From contig JBGSTX010000332.1 in assembly GCA_041736305.1 (NCBI GenBank), positions 1 through 36,395 of the forward strand: a DNA stretch of 36,395 nt, given 5' to 3'. A program made the translations under genes and the position numbers. The notes beneath the pieces are model-generated. The model was not told the origin of the DNA and searched no databases. It saw nothing but the letters and a program-made list of their open reading frames with translations. This document shows positions 28,998 to 36,395 of this stretch, piece after piece (positions within the stretch are counted from its first letter, which is position 1; each line of letters starts with the position of its first letter). This stretch comes from Oligoflexus sp. (lineage in GTDB: Bacteria > Bdellovibrionota_B > Oligoflexia > Oligoflexales > Oligoflexaceae).

Positions 28998-31900
28998 TCA
29001 GTAGCCTTTGTTCGGTTGGAGCCAGCGTTCGACGGTTTCAATGTCCATCCGCTTCCTGCTTGCGTAATCCTCGATTTGATCTCGATCGACCAGACCGACG
29101 CGGAAATATTCAGCTTCGGGGTGGCTGAGGTAGAAACCAGAAACCGAACTCCCGGGGTACATGGCAAAACTTTCTGTGAGCTTCATCCCGATGCGCTTTT
29201 CCACTTCGAGGAGTTTCCAGATAGTTCCTTTTTCAGTGTGATCGGGACAAGCTGGGTAACCTGGAGCTGGGCGAATACCGCGGTATCGTTCCTTGATTAT
29301 ATCGTCCAGACTCAGTTTCTCTTCGTCACCAAAACCCCAGATTTGCCGCATTTTCTTGTGAATCATCTCAGCCAGCGCTTCGGCCATGCGGTCCCCGAGA
29401 GCCTTGACCATGATGGCTGAATAATCGTCGTGCTTTGCTTCGAAGTGCTGAGCCCAGGTGTCGACTTCCGAACCGGAGCTAACGGCAAAAGCACCGAAAT
29501 AGTCTTGGCGACCTGAGCTTTTGGGAGCTACATAATCGGCGAGACAGAGGGCCGGTTTGCCGGCGCTCCTTTCGCGCTGCTGACGGAGGAAATGGATGAT
29601 TTCCAGTCTTTGAGAAGGTCTTTCGGGGACGAAGAGTTCGACGTCATCACCAATACTGTGCGCGGGCCAAATGCCTGTTACAGCGACGGCGTTGAAGCGC
29701 TGGTTCTTGATGATATCTTCGAGCAGCCGCTGCGCATCGTTGAATAATTCAGTAGCCTGAGGGCCCCAGGTTCTGTGGGTAAGAACCTTGGGATAGAGGG
29801 CTTTCATGTCCCAGGTCCAAAAGAATGGTGACCAGTCTATGTAGCTAGCGATCTCGTCGAGTTTTAAATTTTCATGTTCCCAGACGCCGAGACGCTTCGG
29901 GGTATCGATTCGCAGGGTTTCCCAGTCGGTTTTGAGAGCCTGTCTGCGGGCTTCTGCGATACTGAGGAAAGTGCCTTCCTTAAGTTTTGCGGCGTGCCGC
30001 ACGCGCAGCGTTTCCTGATCCTGCTTGAGCTTATCCAGATAAACGCCGCGCTTGTCTTCATTGAGGAGTGCGTTGCAGACTTCGACCACTAGCGAAGCGT
30101 CTTCGACATGACAGACGGGTCCGTGGTAATGCGGGGCGATTTTTATGGCTGTATGGGCTTTGCTCGTCGTCGCTCCACCGATCAAGAGCGGAACCGTAAA
30201 ACCCTGTCTTTCCATTTCACCCGCATTATGGATCATCTCATCGAGGGAGGGCGTGATGAGGCCGCTGAGGCCGATGATGTCGGCATCGAGTTCTTTAGCT
30301 TTTTTTAGGATCTCTTCGCAAGAGATCATGACTCCGAGATCGGTCACTTCATAATTGTTACAGGCGAGGACGACCCCGACGATATTCTTGCCGATATCGT
30401 GCACATCACCTTTGACGGTTGCGATGAGGAAACGTCCCTGACTCTTGCGGCTGGTGCTACCAGCCTTCAGTTTTTCGGCTTCCATATAGGGCTGGAGGTA
30501 GGCAACGGCCTTTTTCATGACCCGCGCGCTCTTGACGACCTGAGGCAAGAACATCTTACCTTCGCCGAAGAGATTGCCGACCACTTTCATCCCATCCATG
30601 AGGGGGCCTTCGATGACGTCGAGAGGTCGGGCTACTTTCTGCCGAACCTCCTCGGTGTCTATCTCAATAAACTCGTCGATTCCCTTGACGAGGGCGTGTT
30701 TGAGTCTGTCTTCGACGGAGGCTTCGCGCCAGGCGTTTTTATCGCTTTCTTTGACGGTTCGTGACTGATCTTTGAAGCGCTCGGAGTAGTCGAGCAGGCG
30801 TTCGGTGGAATCAGGATGCCGATTGAGCAAGACGTCTTCGACGAGTTCAAGGAGTTTTGGTTCTATCTCTTCATAGACTTCCAGCATGCCCGCGTTGACG
30901 ATGCCCATGTCGAGCCCGGCTTTTATCGCGTGATAGAGGAAGGCCGAGTGCATGGCTTCGCGGACGACGTTGTTGCCGCGAAAGCTGAAAGAGATGTTAG
31001 AGATTCCGCCGCTGGTCAGGGCTCCGGGGCAAGTCTGCTTGATTTCGCGAACGGCCTCGATAAAGGCCACGGCATAATTGTTGTGCTCTTCGATGCCAGT
31101 GCCTACGGTAAGGACGTTGGCGTCGAAGATGATATCTTCCGGTGGAAACCCAACCTGTTCGGTGAGGATTTGGTAGGCGCGCTGGCAGATGCGGACTTTA
31201 TCGTCCTTGTCTGCGGCCTGTCCTTTTTCATCGAAGGCCATCACGACCACTGCGGCGCCGTAGCGCAGAATGGTTTCAGCCTGTTCGATGAATTTTTCTT
31301 CACCTTCTTTCAGACTAATCGAGTTGACGATGCATTTGCCTTGCACGCATTTAAGGCCGGCTTCGAGTACAGACCACTTCGAGCTGTCGATCATAAGTGG
31401 AACGCGCGCGATGTCAGGTTCGGCAGCGATGAGATTGAGAAAGCGCTGCATGCACGCCACAGAATCGAGCATACCCTCATCGAAGTTGACGTCGACGATG
31501 TTTGCGCCGTTTTCCACCTGCTGCCGTGCGACAGCTAGTGCGGCCTCGAAATTGCCTTCTTTGATCAGCTTATTGAATTTCGGCGAGCCGGTGACGTTGG
31601 TCCGTTCCCCGACCATGTAGAAGAGCTTGCTGCTAGGTGCGATGTAGAGCGGCTCGAGTCCACTCAGCCGGGTCGCCGCTTCCACTCTAGGTATAGTGCG
31701 TGGACGGTGGCTCTGCATCCGTTTAGCGATGGCGTTGATGTGCGGAGGGGTCGTTCCACAGCAACCGCCGACGATATTGATGAAACGGCTTTGGGCAAAC
31801 TCATCGAGGAGTCCGGAGGTCATTTCGGGTGTTTCATCGTAGCCGGTATCGCTCAGCGGATTGGGCAGACCCGCGTTGGGGTAGCAGCTGATAGCGCAGT

Positions 31901-32720
31901 CAGCAATTTTTGAGAGAGTTTCGATGTAAGGGCGCATTTCTTTAGCGCCGAGTGCGCAGTTGATGCCGACGCTGATGGGTTTCGCCTGCCGCACGGAATA
32001 CCAGAAGGCCTCGATCGTCTGTCCAGAGAGCGTGCGTCCTGATGCGTCGGTAATAGTGACCGAAAGCATGACAGGTAGACGGAAGGGGTTCTCATGGAAG
32101 AAGCGTTCGAGTGCGAAGATTGCGGCTTTGAGGTTGAGCGTGTCGAAGGTGGTTTCGGGCAGCAGTATATCGACGCCACCGTCGACTAGTCCACGAATGG
32201 CTTCATCGTAGGAGTCCACGACTTCGTCAAAGCTCACGGCCCGGTAAGCCGGGTTATTGACGTCGGGCGAGAGGGAAAGGGTTCTATTTGTGGGCCCGAT
32301 GGCTCCTGCAACGAAGCAGCGGCGGCCGGGATTCTTGGCTTCGAATTCAGTGACGGCTTCGCGGGCGACTTCTGCCCCGCGCTTATTGAGTTCGTAGGCC
32401 AGGTGTTCGAGTTTATAGTCGGCCTGGGCGATCGATGTCGAGCTGAAGGTATTGGTTTCGATGATATCGGAACCAGCTTCGAGATAGGCTGTATGAATTT
32501 CTTTGATGATATGGGGTTGAGTGAGGATGAGGAGGTCGTTGTTGCCCTTCAGTTCGATACCATGTTCACGGAAGCGATCCCCGCGGAAATGCTCTTCTTC
32601 GAGCTTATACCGCTGAATCATGGTACCCATGGCGCCATCGAGAATCAGAATACGCTCGTCAAGGGCCTTTTGAAGTTCGCGTCCACGCATGGAGAAAGGT
32701 TTCACGCTCGGATCCCTCAT
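28998..32720 (-). CDS. metH: B12-dependent methionine synthase
   Basis: [47 protein letters not shown]. Start uncertain (between 32690 and 32783). Confidence 0.97.
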   Translation of the reverse strand: MRDPSVKPFSMRGRELQKALDERILILDGAMGTMIQRYKLEEEHFRGDRFREHGIELKGNNDLLILTQPHIIKEIHTAYLEAGSDIIETNTFSSTSIAQADYKLEHLAYELNKRGAEVAREAVTEFEAKNPGRRCFVAGAIGPTNRTLSLSPDVNNPAYRAVSFDEVVDSYDEAIRGLVDGGVDILLPETTFDTLNLKAAIFALERFFHENPFRLPVMLSVTITDASGRTLSGQTIEAFWYSVRQAKPISVGINCALGAKEMRPYIETLSKIADCAISCYPNAGLPNPLSDTGYDETPEMTSGLLDEFAQSRFINIVGGCCGTTPPHINAIAKRMQSHRPRTIPRVEAATRLSGLEPLYIAPSSKLFYMVGERTNVTGSPKFNKLIKEGNFEAALAVARQQVENGANIVDVNFDEGMLDSVACMQRFLNLIAAEPDIARVPLMIDSSKWSVLEAGLKCVQGKCIVNSISLKEGEEKFIEQAETILRYGAAVVVMAFDEKGQAADKDDKVRICQRAYQILTEQVGFPPEDIIFDANVLTVGTGIEEHNNYAVAFIEAVREIKQTCPGALTSGGISNISFSFRGNNVVREAMHSAFLYHAIKAGLDMGIVNAGMLEVYEEIEPKLLELVEDVLLNRHPDSTERLLDYSERFKDQSRTVKESDKNAWREASVEDRLKHALVKGIDEFIEIDTEEVRQKVARPLDVIEGPLMDGMKVVGNLFGEGKMFLPQVVKSARVMKKAVAYLQPYMEAEKLKAGSTSRKSQGRFLIATVKGDVHDIGKNIVGVVLACNNYEVTDLGVMISCEEILKKAKELDADIIGLSGLITPSLDEMIHNAGEMERQGFTVPLLIGGATTSKAHTAIKIAPHYHGPVCHVEDASLVVEVCNALLNEDKRGVYLDKLKQDQETLRVRHAAKLKEGTFLSIAEARRQALKTDWETLRIDTPKRLGVWEHENLKLDEIASYIDWSPFFWTWDMKALYPKVLTHRTWGPQATELFNDAQRLLEDIIKNQRFNAVAVTGIWPAHSIGDDVELFVPERPSQRLEIIHFLRQQRERSAGKPALCLADYVAPKSSGRQDYFGAFAVSSGSEVDTWAQHFEAKHDDYSAIMVKALGDRMAEALAEMIHKKMRQIWGFGDEEKLSLDDIIKERYRGIRPAPGYPACPDHTEKGTIWKLLEVEKRIGMKLTESFAMYPGSSVSGFYLSHPEAEYFRVGLVDRDQIEDYASRKRMDIETVERWLQPNKGY

Positions 32721-32987
32721 AGTCAAAGAAGAGTCGCTTTTTTGGACCTCCACGTTCTTAACAGATTTCGAGAAAAATACCAAAGGAACTGGAGTGCTAA
32801 ACGTCAGCGTTGAGAGATGTGTCCAGCCAGATATTCATAAGCGCCAATTTTGACCAGCAGGTAATTATCTTTCTATCCTACCAAAATGTTTAACCTTTCC
32901 GCCCCACCTAAGGACTGACATAGGAAAGCCGATCTTCGTCTTTAGCTAAAAGATTGCGGGTTAAGACCCTCACAATGGAGCAAGCGA

Positions 32988-33314
32988 ATGTATAAAGATG
33001 GTCTGCACGAACACAGTCGGCTTGAAGAAGAATATTTCTACAAAAAAGAACGGGAAATTATTGAAAAAAATAAGCGTTCTGAGCAGGAAAAGCAGCAGCT
33101 CTTGGCGCGCACGCAGCATTATCATAAATGTGCGAAGTGTGGTCATGACATGGAAGAGGTGGTGAAAGAGAGCCTCTCGATGCTAGTCTGCCATACCTGT
33201 GAAAGTGTGCATCTGAGTTTGTCGGATGTCGAGGCTTTGCAGCATCAGGGCAAGTTTAAGGTTTTGATGATGGACGTGCGGGATCGTTTTATGAGTTTGA
33301 AGCGTAGTGCTTAG
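32988..33314 (+). CDS. zf-TFIIB-like zinc-ribbon protein
   Basis: EEEYFYKKEREII coiled segment, then CAKCGHDM...CHTC; GGAG SD. Confidence 0.75.
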   Translation: MYKDGLHEHSRLEEEYFYKKEREIIEKNKRSEQEKQQLLARTQHYHKCAKCGHDMEEVVKESLSMLVCHTCESVHLSLSDVEALQHQGKFKVLMMDVRDRFMSLKRSA

Positions 33315-33343
33315 GCCTGTGCGGATTTCTTAGCTGTTTAAAT

Positions 33344-33377
33344 AAAGCGAGAGGCTCCGAGGAGTTTTCTCGCTTTT
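33344..33377. terminator. Probable bidirectional terminator
   Basis: AAAGCGAGAGGCTC pairs imperfectly with GAGTTTTCTCGCTTT between convergent genes. Confidence 0.65.
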
Positions 33378-33383
33378 CTGCTA

Positions 33384-33755
33384 TCAGGGATTTTTGAAGG
33401 ATTTTTCGACAGCATCGATGATTGGCTGCATGGGGCCATTTTTTTCGACGGTAATGATTCCCGCTCGGTAGCTGGGATCTTGGAAGTCGTATTCGACTTC
33501 TTGGAGTTCGCACCAGACGACGGTGCAGATGATGAGGGATGGGTAGGGGTGGCCGAAGGTGAGTTTGAGGTCTTCGCCTGGGATCAATCGATCGGAGACG
33601 ATAATACCGGCACCGTTGGCCGAGATATCCCATATGAGAAAGGGGACTTGTCGTTCGCGTTGGGCGTCTTCGACGAGGAGGATACCTTTGACTTCTACGG
33701 GTAGCACCTGCACGCGCGGCTCTATTCGTTTAAGTATGCGGCTAGCTAGGGACAT
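33384..33755 (-). CDS. Stand-alone PilZ domain protein
   Basis: RIEPR (RxxxR) and DISANG (DxSxxG) c-di-GMP motifs; GAGGAG before ATG 33755. Confidence 0.85.
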   Translation of the reverse strand: MSLASRILKRIEPRVQVLPVEVKGILLVEDAQRERQVPFLIWDISANGAGIIVSDRLIPGEDLKLTFGHPYPSLIICTVVWCELQEVEYDFQDPSYRAGIITVEKNGPMQPIIDAVEKSFKNP

Positions 33756-33790
33756 GGCCCTCTCCTCACAGTAAGTGCCTTCACTCTGGT

Positions 33791-33817
33791 CTATCGACAT
33801 CGCGGGGACTTACCTTA
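33791..33817 (-). promoter_or_regulatory. Sigma28 (FliA)-like promoter for the PilZ gene
   Basis: TAAG-N15-GTCGATAG versus consensus TAAA-N15-GCCGATAA. Confidence 0.6.
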
Positions 33818-33912
33818 GACTTGGGAGTCAAATATTCGAGGCTGCTCATTTTACCGAGTAGATAAGATGACTTACCTAGGTAAAGGATTTTAGATTTTGT
33901 GGATAATTGTGC

Positions 33913-33940
33913 TTTACAGGTTTGGGTGTTTGGGTAGAAT
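33913..33940 (+). promoter_or_regulatory. Sigma70 promoter of the tRNA
   Basis: TTTACA-N16-TAGAAT followed by GC-rich discriminator GGGGCTC, 25 nt before the tRNA. Confidence 0.65.
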
Positions 33941-33965
33941 GGGGCTCTTCGGTTCGTGTTTTTAT

Positions 33966-34049
33966 GCCACCTTGGCGGAATAGGTAGACGCGCTGGATTC
34001 AAAATCCTGTGTCCGCAAGGACGTCCCGGTTCGATTCCGGGAGGTGGTA
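33966..34049 (+). tRNA. tRNA-Leu (anticodon CAA), CCA not encoded
   Basis: Acceptor GCCACCT/AGGTGGT plus discriminator A; D-loop GGTAGAC; anticodon loop TTCAAAA; long variable arm GTCC-GCAA-GGAC; T arm CCCGG-TTCGATT-CCGGG. Confidence 0.96.
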
Positions 34050-34078
34050 TATCAATTTTTCACCGAAAAATTGATCCT

Positions 34079-34134
34079 CGATCAACTCTCACCTATCAAC
34101 TCCTATCAACTCCTATCAACTCCAATCACAACTC
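34079..34134. repeat. 10-bp tandem repeat CCTATCAACT, three perfect copies plus two degenerate flanking copies
   Basis: Perfect units start at 34092, 34102 and 34112; CGATCAACTC precedes and CCAATCACAACTC follows. Confidence 0.9.
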
Positions 34135-34242
34135 GCCTTTTAACACCGGTTTCGCCCGAAGTTATTTCCGAGATTAGCCTCGAATTTAAGCATTCTGGGG
34201 CCTATGATCGGCGGCTACACATAGCTAATGGACGAGGCACAC

Positions 34243-35313
34243 ATGACGCAGAGCAATCTTTTCAAACCTTTCCAAGTGAAGTCTCTCTCGCTCAAAAACC
34301 GAATCGTGATGGCTCCAATGACTCGCTCGCAATCGCCGGATGGTGTTCCCACTGAGCACGTAGCCCAATATTATCAGAGGCGGGCGCTGGGGGAAGTTGG
34401 TCTCATCCTTTCGGAAGGTACGGTTATCAACCGTCCTGCTTCTTCCAACGATCAAAATATCCCGCATTTCTATGGTGAAAATGCTCTTCATGGCTGGAAA
34501 GCTGTCATCGATGGAGTGCACCAAGCCGGAGGAAAGATGGGACCTCAGATCTGGCACATGGGTTTGATGAAACCTCATCGTTCAGGTTGGCTTCCACCGG
34601 CACCTTTTGAAGGTCCGGCCGGGATGAGCACGGCCGACATCGAGACGACGATCGCCGCGTACGCGCAAGCAGCGGCTGATGCAAAGAGACTGGGCTTTGA
34701 TGTGGTCGAGCTTCACGGAGCGCATGGTTATCTTATCGATCAGTTTTTCTGGGCAGGCATGAATGCCAGAAGCGATGCTTTCGGCGGTTCATCGATCAAG
34801 GAGCGTAGTCGCTTCGCGTTGGAAGTGGTAAAGGCCGTGCGCGCGGCAGTCGGCCCAGACTTTCCTGTTCTCCTTCGCCTTTCGCAGTGGAAGCAGCAAG
34901 ACTTTGCCGTGCAGCTCGCCAAGAACCCGCAAGAGATGGAAGAGTGGCTGCTGCCCTTGGCAGATGCCGGCGTGGATATTTTCCACTGCTCGCAACGTCG
35001 CTTTTGGGAAGCAGAATACGAAGGGTCAGACCTGAATTTTGCGGGATGGGCGAAAAAGATCACAGGCAAACCAACGATCACCGTTGGCTCTATCGGTCTC
35101 TCCGGAGGTGATTTCATCGCCAGCTTTAGCGGGACTGCATCTGAGATAGCGCCATTGGACGAATTGGAAAAACGCCTGGACCGCGGAGACTTCGATCTGG
35201 TCGCGATTGGGCGGGCCCTGCTTACCGATGCTGAATGGCCAAAGAAAATCCGAGAGCAGCGTTTTTCAGAACTCCAAGGTTTCGACAAAGCGCATCTCGC
35301 AATACTGACCTAG
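34243..35313 (+). CDS. NADH:flavin oxidoreductase (Old Yellow Enzyme family)
   Basis: NRIVMAPMTR, QIWH.G, ELHGAHGYLIDQF, RLSQWK, DLVAIGRALL. Confidence 0.94.
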   Translation: MTQSNLFKPFQVKSLSLKNRIVMAPMTRSQSPDGVPTEHVAQYYQRRALGEVGLILSEGTVINRPASSNDQNIPHFYGENALHGWKAVIDGVHQAGGKMGPQIWHMGLMKPHRSGWLPPAPFEGPAGMSTADIETTIAAYAQAAADAKRLGFDVVELHGAHGYLIDQFFWAGMNARSDAFGGSSIKERSRFALEVVKAVRAAVGPDFPVLLRLSQWKQQDFAVQLAKNPQEMEEWLLPLADAGVDIFHCSQRRFWEAEYEGSDLNFAGWAKKITGKPTITVGSIGLSGGDFIASFSGTASEIAPLDELEKRLDRGDFDLVAIGRALLTDAEWPKKIREQRFSELQGFDKAHLAILT

Positions 35314-35331
35314 GTTCACTGAATCCATACC

Positions 35332-35358
35332 GTCTGAGGGTTTTGAACGCCCTCAGAC
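35332..35358 (+). terminator. Hairpin after the OYE gene
   Basis: GTCTGAGGG pairs with CCCTCAGAC (9 bp); no adjacent U-tract. Confidence 0.4.
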
Positions 35359-35520
35359 CCTGGTCTCACTTTTATGCCGCGCCCAGTAGTCAGTGATTTC
35401 CAACTTAAGTTGCAGCGCTATTGACCTGAAAATAAAGCCAAATTTGGCCTGCTTGAGCTTCGACTTACTTTCATGGATGGAATTCCGAAAAGAATGACAT
35501 CATTTGTGAATGGAGAATTC

Positions 35521-36033
35521 ATGAGTCGCACGCAAAAAGTTTGGCCCCATCTTCTATCTCTATCAGTAACTCTAGTGCTTGCATGCGGTGAAGAGCCCTT
35601 ACCTTATGATCCGAATCAAGTAGCTGCCAGCAGCGGACAGACACAGGCCAGCAACCAAGGCAAAGTCGAGGGGTCTCCATCCGGAACGGTTGGCACTGGA
35701 GTGGCAACCCCTAAAGGCGAGGTCGCTGGCAAAAAAGATGTCACTGCACCCGCTACACCGCCGCCTGCAGTCAAACCTCCAGCTCCCCCTGTGACTCCGC
35801 CTCCGGCCGTGGTTCCGAATACAGCAGCCCTCGTGCAGCAGGGGACAGCCGTATTTAATATGAAGTGCACAGTCTGTCACGGAGCGCTTGCTCAGCGGGC
35901 CAACGATGTTCGTATCTTTCAAAAAACAGCAGCTCAAATCACGGCCGCGAAAACTCTGCGACCGATACCTCATGCAAACGTTGTTTGGCCACTGGCACCT
36001 GAGATTCTTGCTCTCGAAGCCGCCTTCAAGTAG
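35521..36033 (+). CDS. Putative lipoprotein with Pro-rich linker and monoheme cytochrome c domain
   Basis: Lipobox VLA-C, PPP-rich linker, G..VF...CTVCHG; GGAG before ATG 35521. Confidence 0.8.
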   Translation: MSRTQKVWPHLLSLSVTLVLACGEEPLPYDPNQVAASSGQTQASNQGKVEGSPSGTVGTGVATPKGEVAGKKDVTAPATPPPAVKPPAPPVTPPPAVVPNTAALVQQGTAVFNMKCTVCHGALAQRANDVRIFQKTAAQITAAKTLRPIPHANVVWPLAPEILALEAAFK

Positions 36034-36066
36034 ACCTCACCGCATCTTCAGACTTCATCGCCGGCT

Positions 36067-36395
36067 TCAGAGAGCGCTTACCGTCCAGTCGTCGAGATAA
36101 ACAGAGACGAAGTCCGTGCGGATCCCAGAGGTCCCCCAGCTGAATGTTCCATCTCTGACTTGCAGGACTTCCTGCTCATTGATCGAGAAAGCAAGGAGGG
36201 TACCAACGGCCGAAAATTTCAGCTTATGCCAGGTATTGAGACTGATAGGCCCGAACTGTTTCTGGGCCAGAGTCGTGTACTGCCCGCATAACTTCTTCTT
36301 GATCGTCACGAGGCCGTCCTGGCGAAGCGAGGCGACGTAGAGATCATTTTCACTGCGATAGCGGGTAAAAAGGTGGAGACCGCAGGTTGTGCAAG
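36067..36395 (-). CDS. 3' part of a protein with a ConA/DUF1080-like beta-sandwich; runs off the right edge
   Basis: Frame open to the edge: ...GLHLFTRYRSENDLYVASLRQDG...WHKLKFSAVG...G.SGIRTD....DDW.V. Confidence 0.6.
   Translation of the reverse strand, partial: CTTCGLHLFTRYRSENDLYVASLRQDGLVTIKKKLCGQYTTLAQKQFGPISLNTWHKLKFSAVGTLLAFSINEQEVLQVRDGTFSWGTSGIRTDFVSVYLDDWTVSAL

Noticed and set aside
30816..31538. Long antisense ORFs (240 aa here; also 9517-10146, 12979-13632, 22621-23214, 34740-35288)
   Set aside because: They lie opposite well-conserved genes, have no recognisable motifs, and are expected shadows of codon bias.
32721..32987. Possible SAM, SAH or cobalamin riboswitch, or Met-box/SahR operator, upstream of metH
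   Set aside because: No aptamer consensus is recognisable. AGATGTGTCCAGCCAGATAT resembles only a half-site, too weak without a motif search.
34079..34134. Repeat array as a CRISPR
   Set aside because: Units are 10 bp and contiguous, with no spacers and no cas genes.

Overview
A roughly 52-55% GC (by eye) bacterial chromosomal window, mostly housekeeping and metabolic genes. Gene content (STAS-Zn ribbon, AgmX/PglI C-terminal domain, DUF4360, stand-alone PilZ, zf-TFIIB) suggests a Bdellovibrionota/Oligoflexia-like or other delta-type organism; this is inference only. In order: partial amtB (missed by the ORF track), DedA, PLP aminotransferase, lspA, hisS, yhbY-DUF983-SUI1, ExoD, htpX-terC, purT, acs, TPP riboswitch with thiC-O-S-G-DE, transaldolase, O-methyltransferase, tatB, long U32/RlhA-type hydroxylase, a 60-aa orphan, MOSC protein, AgmX-C protein, DUF4389, DUF4360, STAS protein, histidine kinase, metH, zf-TFIIB, PilZ, tRNA-Leu(CAA), OYE flavin oxidoreductase, cytochrome c lipoprotein and a partial beta-sandwich protein. 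I saw no CRISPR array, transposase, integrase or defence system, and I cannot support a claim of a large novel system. The best leads are three sigma54 promoters (one driving an orphan small protein with a YTATC motif cluster upstream), a sigma28-driven PilZ gene, a probable CTG start for ExoD, a 10-bp tandem array plus palindrome after the tRNA, and a two-module U32 protein near a TrmR-family methyltransferase. All family calls are from motif recognition by eye, not database searches.
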